IMG/VR virus record: IMGVR_UViG_3300033571_020726
Span: 16,739 to 80,738 of that record
Origin: a virus
DNA: 64,000 nt
Reading direction: 5' to 3' (one strand)
Shown: positions 1-9,901 of the stretch, piece by piece
How the letters are laid out: each line of letters opens with the position of its first letter
Numbering within the stretch: position 1 is the first letter of the stretch
Translations under genes and position numbers: made by a program
The notes under the pieces: generated by a model
Databases searched by the model: none
The model's input: the letters and a program-made list of their open reading frames with translations, nothing else
Told to the model about the DNA's origin: nothing

Positions 1-1
1 T

Positions 2-2401
2 AATAATTATAATACACCTGTTAATTTATATTTTAATACAGATTTATTTTCTGATGTTAAAATACCTTATAATACTGTTTTAGCAGGTGACGCAGATAGT
101 CAACGTGTTCAAAAATTTGGAAATTCAAATATTATGCAACAACGAATAGGCGATGGATTATTAGGATATGCTAGGACTGATTCTAGGGTAGGAATTAATT
201 ATATGGGTTATTTAGGGCAGGATAATTTAGATCAACATTACTATTTAAATGTTTCAAATTCATGTCTTAAATCAGGAACACCTACGACAGATATTAAAAA
301 ATATTTTTCAACAAATATTATTAGAGATTTTAATAAATCTTTAAATTTTAAATCTATATATCCTGTTAATCCCACGACAACGATAGTGAATAAAACGATA
401 ACAACTACATCAGACAATTACGTAATGACAATAAGTTCATCTAATATTACAGAATATAATATTACAAATGCAGGGTCAACAAATTTTATGTGGGTTGCAA
501 TTGAACAAAACTTTGCATCATCTGATATTGGTAAAATCATTAGAATTAATTTAACAAAAACTGTAGGTAATCATAATAGTTTTGGAATAATGTTTAATCC
601 TGATTTAAATATTAGATTTGATAATTTTGTAATGTCAATGACATCAAGTGGATATGATTTCTATAATACTTCAGGCGACAATAAACAAATATATCCATAT
701 CAACATGTAACAATTGATACTATTCAAAATTATCATGGTATATTATTAGGTTTAGGTACTTATTCATTCGAGTTGATTGTTACAGGTGTAAATCAAGCTG
801 ATATATATAATATGAATAATGTTAGTAATTGCATTAATTTAAATTATAATTGTTTACAAACATATGATGATCCTAATATTATAGGCACAACAACAACATT
901 AACAGCAACATCGCAATTATCATCTGTTTGGAAAAATTATACATATTCATTAAGTAATGCAGGATTTATATATTATCCACCTCTAAGCCCAAAAATTGGT
1001 GATAAATTTAAAGTATCTCATATATCAGGCACAGGATCTTTTAAAGTTCAATATAGAAATATTACAAATACAACACAAACATTTGATTTAACGCCGCTAA
1101 TTAATTCATCTTCTGCACAAAAAAGTTATGTTTTTGAGTGGAGAGGAAGTCGTTGGAGAGAAGTAATAGATATAAATGATATTCCAGGCAATAATTGGGC
1201 AAATTCTGATTTTAAAACAATTAAAAATTGGACAAATTCGACATGTGGTAATAGTATGGTATATTTTAATGTGCCAAGTAAAGTTGAGCTTAATCCAATT
1301 GTTACAAATTTATATCATTTTTATGTTCCAGCATATTCGACAGGAAATACCACACATGACTTTTTAAAAACAACAAATTATTTTTCACCGATTGTATATA
1401 ATTGGAATAAATCTATTTACGATACAAATCAATTTGAATTATTGGATTGCAATATTACATATCCTATAGGAACTGATTGGTTTACATACGGGTGTTTACA
1501 TGATGAAATTTATAGTTCAAAAACAAATATAACTGGCACAAATTTCGTTTTATCAACAACACCTGAACATGATAATGGCCAATTATATAAATACATGAAT
1601 CATAATTTTATTACAAAAATCGAAAATAGATATTTTTTAAATCATTGCATTTTTTATGGTACAAATCGTAATGCAGATTTATTAGTAGATAATTCTTCAT
1701 TAACATCTACACAAAAAACAAAATGTCGTAGAATCGTAACATATGAAATAGATATATCTAATTGGCGTAATTTAACATATCAAAGTTATTATGAGTTTAA
1801 TGAAACACAAATTGGATTTTTATCATTAGACGAAGATAATTTCACAAAAATATTAGTAAACCTAAAAAATTCAATTCAAATTTTAAATGGAAGAATAAAT
1901 AGTTCAAATAATTTTGAATGGATTTTAAAGCAAAAAGATGCTGGAAACTTTGTTCAAATAGCACTTGATAATCAAAAAAATATTTGGGCATGTACATGTA
2001 ATATTGATCTTGATAAATCATTTATAAATGATTGGACAACATCTTCTTTTAATAATTGGACGCAGCCTATAGTATTTTCTTTATATAGAATAATAGATAA
2101 TTCGATGCATATAAAAAAATATAGAATGGTTGTTAATTCTTCATTAAATTTTCAATATTCATATAATGGAACAGAATTAATTGATACAATTACAGTTGAT
2201 ATTTTTGATGAAGAAAATGAAAAAGTTAATAATATCAATTACTCTTTATATTTAAATGAAGGCGTTGATAATATAACATTTGAAAACGATTTAAGATATA
2301 TTGATAGTGAAAATTATTTAGGTTCAACAAATACACATTATTTAAAAATAAATTCGAGTGGTTATATAAAATTAATTGGAAAAATTTTAATAGCTGAGTG
2401 A
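2..2401 (+). CDS. Tail/baseplate-associated structural protein, 5'-truncated (frame open from base 2; track start 134 is internal)
   Basis: Frame reads NNYNTPVNLYF... without a stop from position 2 into the annotated Met. Contains a small beta module (PPLSPKIGDKFKV...YVFEWRGSRW) like those in neighbouring fibre genes. Confidence 0.55.
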   Translation, partial: NNYNTPVNLYFNTDLFSDVKIPYNTVLAGDADSQRVQKFGNSNIMQQRIGDGLLGYARTDSRVGINYMGYLGQDNLDQHYYLNVSNSCLKSGTPTTDIKKYFSTNIIRDFNKSLNFKSIYPVNPTTTIVNKTITTTSDNYVMTISSSNITEYNITNAGSTNFMWVAIEQNFASSDIGKIIRINLTKTVGNHNSFGIMFNPDLNIRFDNFVMSMTSSGYDFYNTSGDNKQIYPYQHVTIDTIQNYHGILLGLGTYSFELIVTGVNQADIYNMNNVSNCINLNYNCLQTYDDPNIIGTTTTLTATSQLSSVWKNYTYSLSNAGFIYYPPLSPKIGDKFKVSHISGTGSFKVQYRNITNTTQTFDLTPLINSSSAQKSYVFEWRGSRWREVIDINDIPGNNWANSDFKTIKNWTNSTCGNSMVYFNVPSKVELNPIVTNLYHFYVPAYSTGNTTHDFLKTTNYFSPIVYNWNKSIYDTNQFELLDCNITYPIGTDWFTYGCLHDEIYSSKTNITGTNFVLSTTPEHDNGQLYKYMNHNFITKIENRYFLNHCIFYGTNRNADLLVDNSSLTSTQKTKCRRIVTYEIDISNWRNLTYQSYYEFNETQIGFLSLDEDNFTKILVNLKNSIQILNGRINSSNNFEWILKQKDAGNFVQIALDNQKNIWACTCNIDLDKSFINDWTTSSFNNWTQPIVFSLYRIIDNSMHIKKYRMVVNSSLNFQYSYNGTELIDTITVDIFDEENEKVNNINYSLYLNEGVDNITFENDLRYIDSENYLGSTNTHYLKINSSGYIKLIGKILIAE

Positions 2402-2447
2402 TAAAATAAATATATTTAAATATTATAAAACAGGATTAACATATTAA

Positions 2448-4100
2448 ATGACAATTAGAAAAAGAATAACGCCGAGTATGTATAATATTCAGGATTTAGG
2501 GGCGCCTAATGATAAATTTGAAAATATTTATACACAAAATATATTTGTTGATAATATTGAAGTAAATAATCAAATAGTCGATGGATTAACAGTTAATACC
2601 TTAACAATTAATCAGATAATTGATGGTAATCAAACGCCTACTATATTTGATATTATTTCAAATAAAACGCATAAATTCGATGTAGATAAAAACATAGTAT
2701 TACAAGGCGCAATTTCTGGTAATATTACAACAGATTTTGAAGATAATCAAATTGTTATCGATACATTTATGAATTTACAAACATTAAGTGCATCAATAGG
2801 TCAAGTTTTAGGTCAAGCTTTAAATCAAGATTTAATAAATTTAAATAAATTTAATTCATTAATCACAAATTTAGGTTTTCAACAATTACAAAATTTAAAT
2901 GACAATTTAATTTTAGATCTTTCAAATTCTGTAAATAATACATTAGGTAAAATAATTTACGACAATCAACAATCTATATTAAATAAAGTTGATAATACTA
3001 ATATCGGCGTTGCAGGAGGCGTTGCGTCGCTTGATGAGTCAGGCAAAATACCTGAATCGCAATTACCTGCGATTGCTGTTACAGATACATTTGTCGTTGC
3101 AGATAATATTGAACGTGATGCACTTGAAATACAACAAGGAGATTTTGTAATTGTTACTGACGATAATAAAACATATGTCTGGAGTGGTGTTGATTGGGTT
3201 GAAATTAAAACAGGTCTAAATCAAAATTTAAATGTTTCTGCAAATCAAATATTATATACAACAACAGGTCAAGATTTTGCAGGTAATAATTCTTTTTTAT
3301 TTAAAAATTATGATGAAACAGGATTGCCTGATAAAACATTAGTTATAGGTGGCGACCCAAATTATAATACAACAGTTAAAACAAGTATTGTAACTGCTGA
3401 TTCATATAATGGAACTTATAGTGGTTTAACAATGCAAAATAAATCAACAGGTTCTTTAGCATCTGTTAATTTATATTTAAAAAACGAAGGAAATAGCGAA
3501 ACGTCTGATTATTCAGTATTAGGATTAGGTGGTAAATCTTATCAGTCAGGTTCAGATTATTTAAGTGAAAAATCTAAGACATTATATCTTGGCAATTCTA
3601 ATGGAGATATTACCATTATGCCTAATTTTCTTGCAGATACTGATGGCGGTTCAGTTCATCTGACATATGAAAATGGTATAAAAGCAATATCTGTAACAAA
3701 TTCAGGCGCACTATCAACACAAACAACTTTCGATATTAATACACAGGAATATCAATATCAAACAGGCAATGAAGGTGATATTTTGGTATCAGGAGGCGCA
3801 AACGTAAATGTTTCGTGGTTATCAAAAGATACATTATTAAATCAAATTAACTGGTTAAATGAAACATTTACATTTAATAATATTCAATTAGAAAATGGAT
3901 CTCAATATATTACTGTAATAAATTCAATTAAAAAATTAAATAATATTCCTCAAGTAAAAATATTATTGAATGGTATAGAATTAAATGACGCAGAATATTC
4001 CGTCGCACTTCTCCCAGCAAATAGAATTAATTTTAATCTAATAGAAGGTATTATAGAAAATGGTGATATTATTAAAGTCTGGTATATAAAAAATTCTTAA
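2448..4100 (+). CDS. Tail fibre-like protein (mosaic)
   Basis: Phage fibre-type segments: QDLGAPNDKFENIY, IVLQGAISGNITTDF, GVAGGVASLDESGKIPESQLPAIAV; C-terminal ILLNG...GDIIKVWY module; CAGGA SD upstream. Confidence 0.65.
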   Translation: MTIRKRITPSMYNIQDLGAPNDKFENIYTQNIFVDNIEVNNQIVDGLTVNTLTINQIIDGNQTPTIFDIISNKTHKFDVDKNIVLQGAISGNITTDFEDNQIVIDTFMNLQTLSASIGQVLGQALNQDLINLNKFNSLITNLGFQQLQNLNDNLILDLSNSVNNTLGKIIYDNQQSILNKVDNTNIGVAGGVASLDESGKIPESQLPAIAVTDTFVVADNIERDALEIQQGDFVIVTDDNKTYVWSGVDWVEIKTGLNQNLNVSANQILYTTTGQDFAGNNSFLFKNYDETGLPDKTLVIGGDPNYNTTVKTSIVTADSYNGTYSGLTMQNKSTGSLASVNLYLKNEGNSETSDYSVLGLGGKSYQSGSDYLSEKSKTLYLGNSNGDITIMPNFLADTDGGSVHLTYENGIKAISVTNSGALSTQTTFDINTQEYQYQTGNEGDILVSGGANVNVSWLSKDTLLNQINWLNETFTFNNIQLENGSQYITVINSIKKLNNIPQVKILLNGIELNDAEYSVALLPANRINFNLIEGIIENGDIIKVWYIKNS

Positions 4101-4146
4101 TAACATATATATAATAATTAAAATAATATTATAAGGAAATGAAATT

Positions 4147-5400
4147 ATGTCTCAAATTAAAGGTAAGCAAATCTCTACAGGTACAGTTGCTTTAACAAAA
4201 CTCGAATCATCCTCCACGGATAATGGCAAGTTAATTGTCACAACAAATGGCGTTCCAGCTTATGTTGCATTATCATCAGATGCAACTCTTGCAGCTAATG
4301 GTGCACTTACTATTGCTAATAATGCTATCACAAGCGTCAAAATTAATGATACAGCTGTAACACTTGCAAAATTAAATTCAGATGTCTATAGCACTGATAC
4401 TACATTACCTTCTGGCGATAATTCAAAGTTACCTACTGTTCAAGCTGTTAGAACTTATGTTGATAGTGTTGCAACAGGTCTTGATGTTAAAAAGAGTGTA
4501 AGGGTTGCTACAACAGCTGATGTTGGTACACTTGCTACGCCTACATTAAATGGTTCAAATGCTCTTGAAATTGATGGTATAACAGTTGTTGAAGGAAATA
4601 GAGTTCTTGTTAAAAATCAAGGTACTGGTTCACAAAATGGTATTTATGTCGTAGGTGCTTCACCTGATTTTGCATTAACTCGAGCTGCTGATTCTGATAA
4701 TTCACCTGCTGGTGAAGTAACATCTGGTATGTTTACATTTGTTGAACAAGGTAGCGCAAATGCTGCAACAGGTTGGGTATTGTCAACAACGGGTACAATT
4801 ACTTTAGGAACTACAGCTTTAAGTTTTACACAATTCTCTGGCGGAACAGCTTATACAGCAGGCGATGGTTTATTATTAACAGGTCAATCATTTAGTCTTG
4901 AATTAAGTGAATTATCTGCACCAACAGGAGGTGTTAGCGTTGCAAATGATTCAGTTCCTATTATTGATGCATCAGATTCAAACGGTTCTAGAAAAATAAC
5001 AATTGTAAGTCTTATTTCAGCTGTTGCAGGTTCTGGTTTAAGTGCAACAAATGGACAATTATCTGTATCAGCTGGCGCTGGATCATTTGTTAATTTTGAA
5101 ACAACATCTTCTTCACTTACAGCATCTGGCGGTGGAGGTAATGGTACAGATACTACATTAACAATTGGTCAAACTCCAGCTGCTGGAGCAACAGTACAAG
5201 TATTTGTGAATGGCATTAAGCAAATAGTATCATTTGCTGATAAGTCTGGTGATTGTTGGTTTACAGCAGATGGCGCTGCAAATGCTGATCAACAAGCATA
5301 TTCTTCTTTAACCTCTACATCACGTTTAAGATGGTGTGAAACAAATGCTGGTTTTGCAATTGAATCAGGCGATGTTGTAACAATTGTTGGAATGAAATAA
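4147..5400 (+). CDS. Tail fibre / virion appendage protein
   Basis: YVDSVATGLDVKKSVRVATT...RVLVKNQ...QNGIYVV...FTFVEQG...FTQFSG block common in phage fibres; Gly/Ser/Thr/Ala-rich; C-terminal VFVNG...GDVVTI module; AAGGA SD. Confidence 0.7.
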   Translation: MSQIKGKQISTGTVALTKLESSSTDNGKLIVTTNGVPAYVALSSDATLAANGALTIANNAITSVKINDTAVTLAKLNSDVYSTDTTLPSGDNSKLPTVQAVRTYVDSVATGLDVKKSVRVATTADVGTLATPTLNGSNALEIDGITVVEGNRVLVKNQGTGSQNGIYVVGASPDFALTRAADSDNSPAGEVTSGMFTFVEQGSANAATGWVLSTTGTITLGTTALSFTQFSGGTAYTAGDGLLLTGQSFSLELSELSAPTGGVSVANDSVPIIDASDSNGSRKITIVSLISAVAGSGLSATNGQLSVSAGAGSFVNFETTSSSLTASGGGGNGTDTTLTIGQTPAAGATVQVFVNGIKQIVSFADKSGDCWFTADGAANADQQAYSSLTSTSRLRWCETNAGFAIESGDVVTIVGMK

Positions 5401-5424
5401 TATTATAATTTAATTTTTTTAAAA

Positions 5425-5483
5425 ATTTAAAACTTTATTTATGATATTTATTATCAAGTAATATAAATAAAGGTTTTTTAAAT
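5425..5483 (+). promoter_or_regulatory. Leader inverted repeat burying SD/start, TATTTA at apex
   Basis: CTTTATTTAT (5433-42) / ATAAATAAAG (5463-72) plus ATTTAAAA (5425-32) / TTTTAAAT (5476-83). Confidence 0.45.
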
Positions 5484-6024
5484 GACACAAATAAAAGTCA
5501 AGCAAATATCAGATAAAAGTACTAATTTAGTTGAAATTGCAGGCATACAAACTATTACAGGTAATAAAACTTTAAGTGGTACAACAACAATATCTGGTAG
5601 TATAGCGTTAGGTTCTTCTGCAACAGCTACTACACAAGCATCGAATGATAATTCAACAAAAGTTGCAACAACTGCATATGTAACAACAGCAGTTGCAGGA
5701 GCGGGTGGAAGTAGTTCAACAACTAATATTCAAACAGTTTCAACAACATCAAGTATTACACTGTCATCTCCACTTACTTTAATTAGATGTACAAATACAT
5801 CAACTATTACAATTACATTACCAAATGGTTCAGCATCTGCTGGTTATAGAGTAGATATTAAACGATGTTCAACAGGAACTGTTAATATTGCAACACCTAC
5901 AAATCAAATTTTTTTAGATTCATCGACATTAATAGGCATTTCAAGTGGAACAATGTTAACATTAAATGCAATAGGACAATCTTGGACACTAATAGGACAC
6001 GCATCAGGATGGGATGTAGTATAA
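5482..6024 (+). CDS. Short tail fibre-like protein
   Basis: QTITGNKT and DNSTKVATTAYV fibre motifs; C-terminal ITITLP...W module. Confidence 0.65.
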   Translation: MTQIKVKQISDKSTNLVEIAGIQTITGNKTLSGTTTISGSIALGSSATATTQASNDNSTKVATTAYVTTAVAGAGGSSSTTNIQTVSTTSSITLSSPLTLIRCTNTSTITITLPNGSASAGYRVDIKRCSTGTVNIATPTNQIFLDSSTLIGISSGTMLTLNAIGQSWTLIGHASGWDVV

Positions 6025-6051
6025 AATATATATTTTAAAAAGGAGAAATAA

Positions 6052-6570
6052 ATGACATATTATTCAAATTTAGTTATGCCAAAAGATATAACATCACCAA
6101 CAGCAAGATATGGGCAAAGACCTAGCTTTTATTGGGCAGCTGGTCCTACATATAATGGACTTGATTTATTAGTATCTACATCTTTAACAACTACATATGT
6201 TAATTCAAACAATACTGTTTTAGGTAATACAATAACTAATTATACAGCAGATTATGCTAATTATATTATTGTAAATAATAACTCTAGTAATTGGGTTTTA
6301 ACATTACCATTAGGATATTTTACTGATACAGGTACTTGGCCAGGTGCATGTACTTTTCATCTAAATATTAAAAAAACAGGTACTGGTACATTAACAATTC
6401 AAACGCCAGCAGATACAATAGGTACAAGGATTAGAGGCATTAATTCAACAACAAATAAAAGTTATACATTGTCAGCTTCAACTGAACAGACAATTACATT
6501 AATTTATTCGTATGGGTACAATAGTTCTGGGAGCGTTGATTCAACAGCAGAAATTTGGTATACATTTTAA
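6052..6570 (+). CDS. Fibre-associated protein, paralogous to the middle of 6589-7800
   Basis: Shares KKTGTGT, RGINSTTNK, YGYN and STAE(I/V)W with the next ORF; AAGGAG SD. Confidence 0.6.
   Translation: MTYYSNLVMPKDITSPTARYGQRPSFYWAAGPTYNGLDLLVSTSLTTTYVNSNNTVLGNTITNYTADYANYIIVNNNSSNWVLTLPLGYFTDTGTWPGACTFHLNIKKTGTGTLTIQTPADTIGTRIRGINSTTNKSYTLSASTEQTITLIYSYGYNSSGSVDSTAEIWYTF
6433..6460 (+). repeat. 28-bp exact direct repeat, copy 1 (copy 2 at 7000-7027)
   Basis: AGAGGCATTAATTCAACAACAAATAAAA at both positions, encoding RGINSTTNK in two adjacent paralogues. Confidence 0.9.
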
Positions 6571-6588
6571 AATGTTTAGGAGATATTT

Positions 6589-7800
6589 ATGACTTACACA
6601 GGTAATATAACATCAAGCGGACTATGGCTAACAAGTGGTAGTACTTTACAGGCTTTATTAAGTAATAGTACAAAACGAAGTAATAGAATACCATTTTATA
6701 TTGTATCAAGTAGCACTGTTCAATCATTTTATTCGCTAGGCAATAGTGGCGGTTCAATAAGACAACCTAATATTATTACAACAACAACAGCCTTAGGATC
6801 GACAGTCACTAATTTTTATGCAGGATATAATAATTATTATCTTGTAAATAATTCAACAAATAATATTACAATCACATTACCTTCAGGAAATGGTTCTTCT
6901 TCAACACCGTTTTCTAACAATGCAATTGAATTAATGTTTAAAAAGACAGGTACAGGTACTGTAACATTAACAGTGCCAGCCGATTCTGCGAATCAAGTAA
7001 GAGGCATTAATTCAACAACAAATAAAAACTATGTTTTATCTTCAACAAATCAACAATGCGTTAGATTAATGTATACATACGGTTATAATGTTGATGGTAC
7101 AGCTAATTCAACAGCTGAAGTTTGGCATGTTATAAAAGCTGTTACACAAAATATAGTACCTGTAAATGGTAGCATTTTATTTGCTGGCACAACTTCTACT
7201 TATTTAACATTACCTGTAGATGATAATCAATTATCATTTAGGACAGGTGATTTTACAGTAGAATGGTGGCAATATCAAACAGATTCAAATGGTGCGCCTA
7301 GAGTTTTTTCATATGGTACATATCCTACTGCAACGTTTGGAGTTTCGATAGAAGGTGGCACTTTTTACTTATGGATTAATGGTGCTGCGAATAGTTTTGG
7401 CAGTGTAGGAACTTATAAAAATGTATTTACACATTTTGCTGTAACACGTTCTGGGACTACAATAAGGGTTTTTAAAAATGGTACGCAATTAGGTTCTAAT
7501 TTAACATCATCTTATGATTTTAATGATACAACTAATAATTTAAGAATTGGTAATGAACAATCATTGACTACTAATGCAGCATTTGGCGGAAATTTAAAAG
7601 GCTTTCATTGGGTAAAAGGTACGGCATTATATACATCAACTTTTACTCCTAACTATAATTCTATTTCGCCAGTTGCTGATACACATTTATTATTAAATGT
7701 CAGTGATTCTTCAAATTTAGTTACTGATAGTAGTGGATTAGGAAAAACAGTAACAAATACTGGCTGCACTTTTTCATCTATTACTCACCCTTTTTATTAA
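6589..7800 (+). CDS. Receptor-binding/fibre protein with C-terminal LamG (concanavalin A-like) domain
   Basis: FRTGDFTVEWWQY...HFAVTRSGTTIRVFKNG...LRIG...KGTALYTSTFTP is a typical phage LamG-like domain; AGGAG SD. Confidence 0.7.
   Translation: MTYTGNITSSGLWLTSGSTLQALLSNSTKRSNRIPFYIVSSSTVQSFYSLGNSGGSIRQPNIITTTTALGSTVTNFYAGYNNYYLVNNSTNNITITLPSGNGSSSTPFSNNAIELMFKKTGTGTVTLTVPADSANQVRGINSTTNKNYVLSSTNQQCVRLMYTYGYNVDGTANSTAEVWHVIKAVTQNIVPVNGSILFAGTTSTYLTLPVDDNQLSFRTGDFTVEWWQYQTDSNGAPRVFSYGTYPTATFGVSIEGGTFYLWINGAANSFGSVGTYKNVFTHFAVTRSGTTIRVFKNGTQLGSNLTSSYDFNDTTNNLRIGNEQSLTTNAAFGGNLKGFHWVKGTALYTSTFTPNYNSISPVADTHLLLNVSDSSNLVTDSSGLGKTVTNTGCTFSSITHPFY
7000..7027 (+). repeat. 28-bp exact direct repeat, copy 2
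   Basis: Identical to 6433-6460. Confidence 0.9.
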
Positions 7801-7803
7801 TTT

Positions 7804-7832
7804 TTGTATAAATATTTAATTTTTATTATAAT
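7804..7832 (+). promoter_or_regulatory. Putative sigma70-type (early/middle) promoter
   Basis: TTGTAT-N17-TATAAT upstream of the nuclease gene; same layout as 42107-42135. Confidence 0.5.
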
Positions 7833-7874
7833 TTATTTATATTTTACTAAATTTTATTTAAGGTTGATTATGAA

Positions 7875-8717
7875 ATGTCTATTTCTGTTAATTTATTAAA
7901 AGAACATGTTTCTTATTCTGAGGTTAAGGTGTGGAAAGAATGTTCTTGGAGGCATAAATTATTGTATTTAGATAAAATTGAGGTATTTGAGGAGAGTCCT
8001 CATTTATATTATGGATCTATTGTACATGATGCTGTTGAACATTTTTTAAATACAAAAGAATTGAAATTACAAGAAATGGAAGAAAATTTAAAAAAAGAGT
8101 GGGATAGAGTTGGTTTTGATGGTATATGGCGTGAAGAGCAGGAGAAGAAAAATAAGAATTATAAGCATATTGCATTTGAAAAATGGTTATTGTGGGCAAA
8201 AAATAGTATAAATGCTTTACCTAAATGGATGGATGAAAATTTTCCTTTATGGGAAACAGTATCTGCTGAAGAGTTATTATATGAAGAGATGAATGAATTA
8301 CCATTAAAATTTAAAGGATATATTGATTGTATTATTAAGATTCCTCAAAAGACAGAAGGAAAATGGAAATATTACATTTTAGATTGGAAAACAGCGTCAG
8401 CACGTGGTTGGGACTGGGAAAAGCAACAGGATTTTTTAACGCATATGCAATTGTTATTGTATAAAAATTTTTGGATGTTTAAAAATAATTTAACGTCACG
8501 TGATGTACAATGCGCATTTGTGTTATTGAAGAAAGTAGATAAAATAGAAAAAGTATGTCAGATGATATCGATAAGTTCAGGACCAAAAAGTATGGAAGAG
8601 GCTATGAAAGTTGTTAGATCTATGATTAAAAGTATTACCAAGGTTAATCCGACATATTTAAAAAATAAAACTTCGTGTCAATGGTGTCCTTTTTTTAATA
8701 CAGAGCATTGTAAATAA
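7875..8717 (+). CDS. PD-(D/E)XK nuclease, Cas4/RecB(AddB)-like
   Basis: SYSE...EC N-terminus, KGYID...ILDWKT catalytic motif, QLLLY motif, C-terminal CQWCPFFNTEHC (1+3 Cys arrangement of Fe-S nucleases). Confidence 0.8.
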   Translation: MSISVNLLKEHVSYSEVKVWKECSWRHKLLYLDKIEVFEESPHLYYGSIVHDAVEHFLNTKELKLQEMEENLKKEWDRVGFDGIWREEQEKKNKNYKHIAFEKWLLWAKNSINALPKWMDENFPLWETVSAEELLYEEMNELPLKFKGYIDCIIKIPQKTEGKWKYYILDWKTASARGWDWEKQQDFLTHMQLLLYKNFWMFKNNLTSRDVQCAFVLLKKVDKIEKVCQMISISSGPKSMEEAMKVVRSMIKSITKVNPTYLKNKTSCQWCPFFNTEHCK

Positions 8718-8780
8718 TATTTATTTTTTTAATTTAACATATTTTTTAATTTTATTAAATTTTAATAATGTTTTTATAAT

Positions 8781-9077
8781 ATGGATGATGATGTGATATA
8801 TTTTGTAGTTTTTTTATTGATATTATTATCAATTTTTGTTTACTTTTGTGTTAAATTTGCGATGATTATAATCAAAATGCAAGATGTGATTGAAGATAGT
8901 TTAGATGTATTAGATGAGAAATATTCAAAAATTTCAGAGATTTTAAGTATTCCTATTTTTTATGATTCTAAAGAGGTTCGTGATGTATTGTATGAAATAA
9001 ATGGCGTTAGGAATTCAATTTTAGAGATTGCTCAAAAACTTACGAATGAAGAAGAAATAAAAGATGAGGAAACATGA
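8781..9077 (+). CDS. Small membrane-anchored hypothetical protein
   Basis: N-terminal hydrophobic stretch VIYFVVFLLILLSIFVYFCV followed by a helical tail. Confidence 0.6.
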   Translation: MDDDVIYFVVFLLILLSIFVYFCVKFAMIIIKMQDVIEDSLDVLDEKYSKISEILSIPIFYDSKEVRDVLYEINGVRNSILEIAQKLTNEEEIKDEET

Positions 9078-9892
9078 TAAAAAGAAAAAGTGTTAAAGTT
9101 GAAAATATAACTGAAGAAGATTTAAAAATCAGAAAAAGTAAAAAAGAAAAAGAAGAACAGTATTTTTCAAATGATACACAACAGAAGATTGAAGAATATA
9201 AAAATGTGCAGACAAATGAAGAAAAATGGGAAATCTATTTAAATGATATTATGCCTGCATTTGAAATGTTGGTGGATAAACTTGTATCAGTATATAATTT
9301 TAAATCTTTTGATGATGATCTTGACACTATGAAGCGTGATTGCGTGTTTTTTTTATGGGAGACTATTCAAAAATGGGACGGGGGTAAAGGTAAAAAAGCT
9401 TTTTCTTATTTTAATGTTGTCGCAAAAAATTGGTTGATTGCAAGATCTAGAAAAAATTATATTCAACATAAAAGAACTGTTGTAATTGATGATGGAAATC
9501 AAACATATACACCAAATACACAACCAAAAGAAGAAAAAAGTAGTCAAAAGAAATATCCTAAAATAAATTTATCGACATATATGGTTGATGAAACAGGTAA
9601 TCCTGAGGAAATGATGATATATCAAGAGAAAATGCAAACTGTATATGCAATTATTGATCATTTATGTGAAAAATTAACAGACGTTAAAGAAAAAAAATGT
9701 ATAGATGCTATTCGCGTTGTATTTGAAAATATTGATAATTTGGAGTTATTAAATAAAAGAGCAGTTTTAGTATATTTAAGAGAAATATCAGGATTAAATA
9801 ATACAGAATTAAGTTCTGCATTATCTTCTATAAGAAAATTATATAAACAAATAAATAAAGATATGCAAGACGATTTATTTAGTCTGTTTTAA
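9074..9892 (+). CDS. Phage sigma factor, gp55-like (probably late transcription)
   Basis: Sigma region-2-like segment RDCVFFLWETIQKWDGGKGKKAFSYFNVVAKNWL; C-terminal HTH-like YLREISGLNNTELSSALSSIRKLY. Confidence 0.7.
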   Translation: MIKRKSVKVENITEEDLKIRKSKKEKEEQYFSNDTQQKIEEYKNVQTNEEKWEIYLNDIMPAFEMLVDKLVSVYNFKSFDDDLDTMKRDCVFFLWETIQKWDGGKGKKAFSYFNVVAKNWLIARSRKNYIQHKRTVVIDDGNQTYTPNTQPKEEKSSQKKYPKINLSTYMVDETGNPEEMMIYQEKMQTVYAIIDHLCEKLTDVKEKKCIDAIRVVFENIDNLELLNKRAVLVYLREISGLNNTELSSALSSIRKLYKQINKDMQDDLFSLF

Positions 9893-9901
9893 AGGTAAAA
9901 A

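Noticed and set aside
6052-7800. Possible diversity-generating retroelement template/variable repeat pair in fibre genes
   Set aside because: Differences between the copies are not confined to adenines, both copies are coding, and there is no reverse transcriptase in the window.
7870-7899. Out-of-frame ATG next to the SD giving a 9-codon ORF (similar cases at 4139 and 62918)
   Set aside because: ATGs are frequent in AT-rich leaders; nothing supports a regulatory role.
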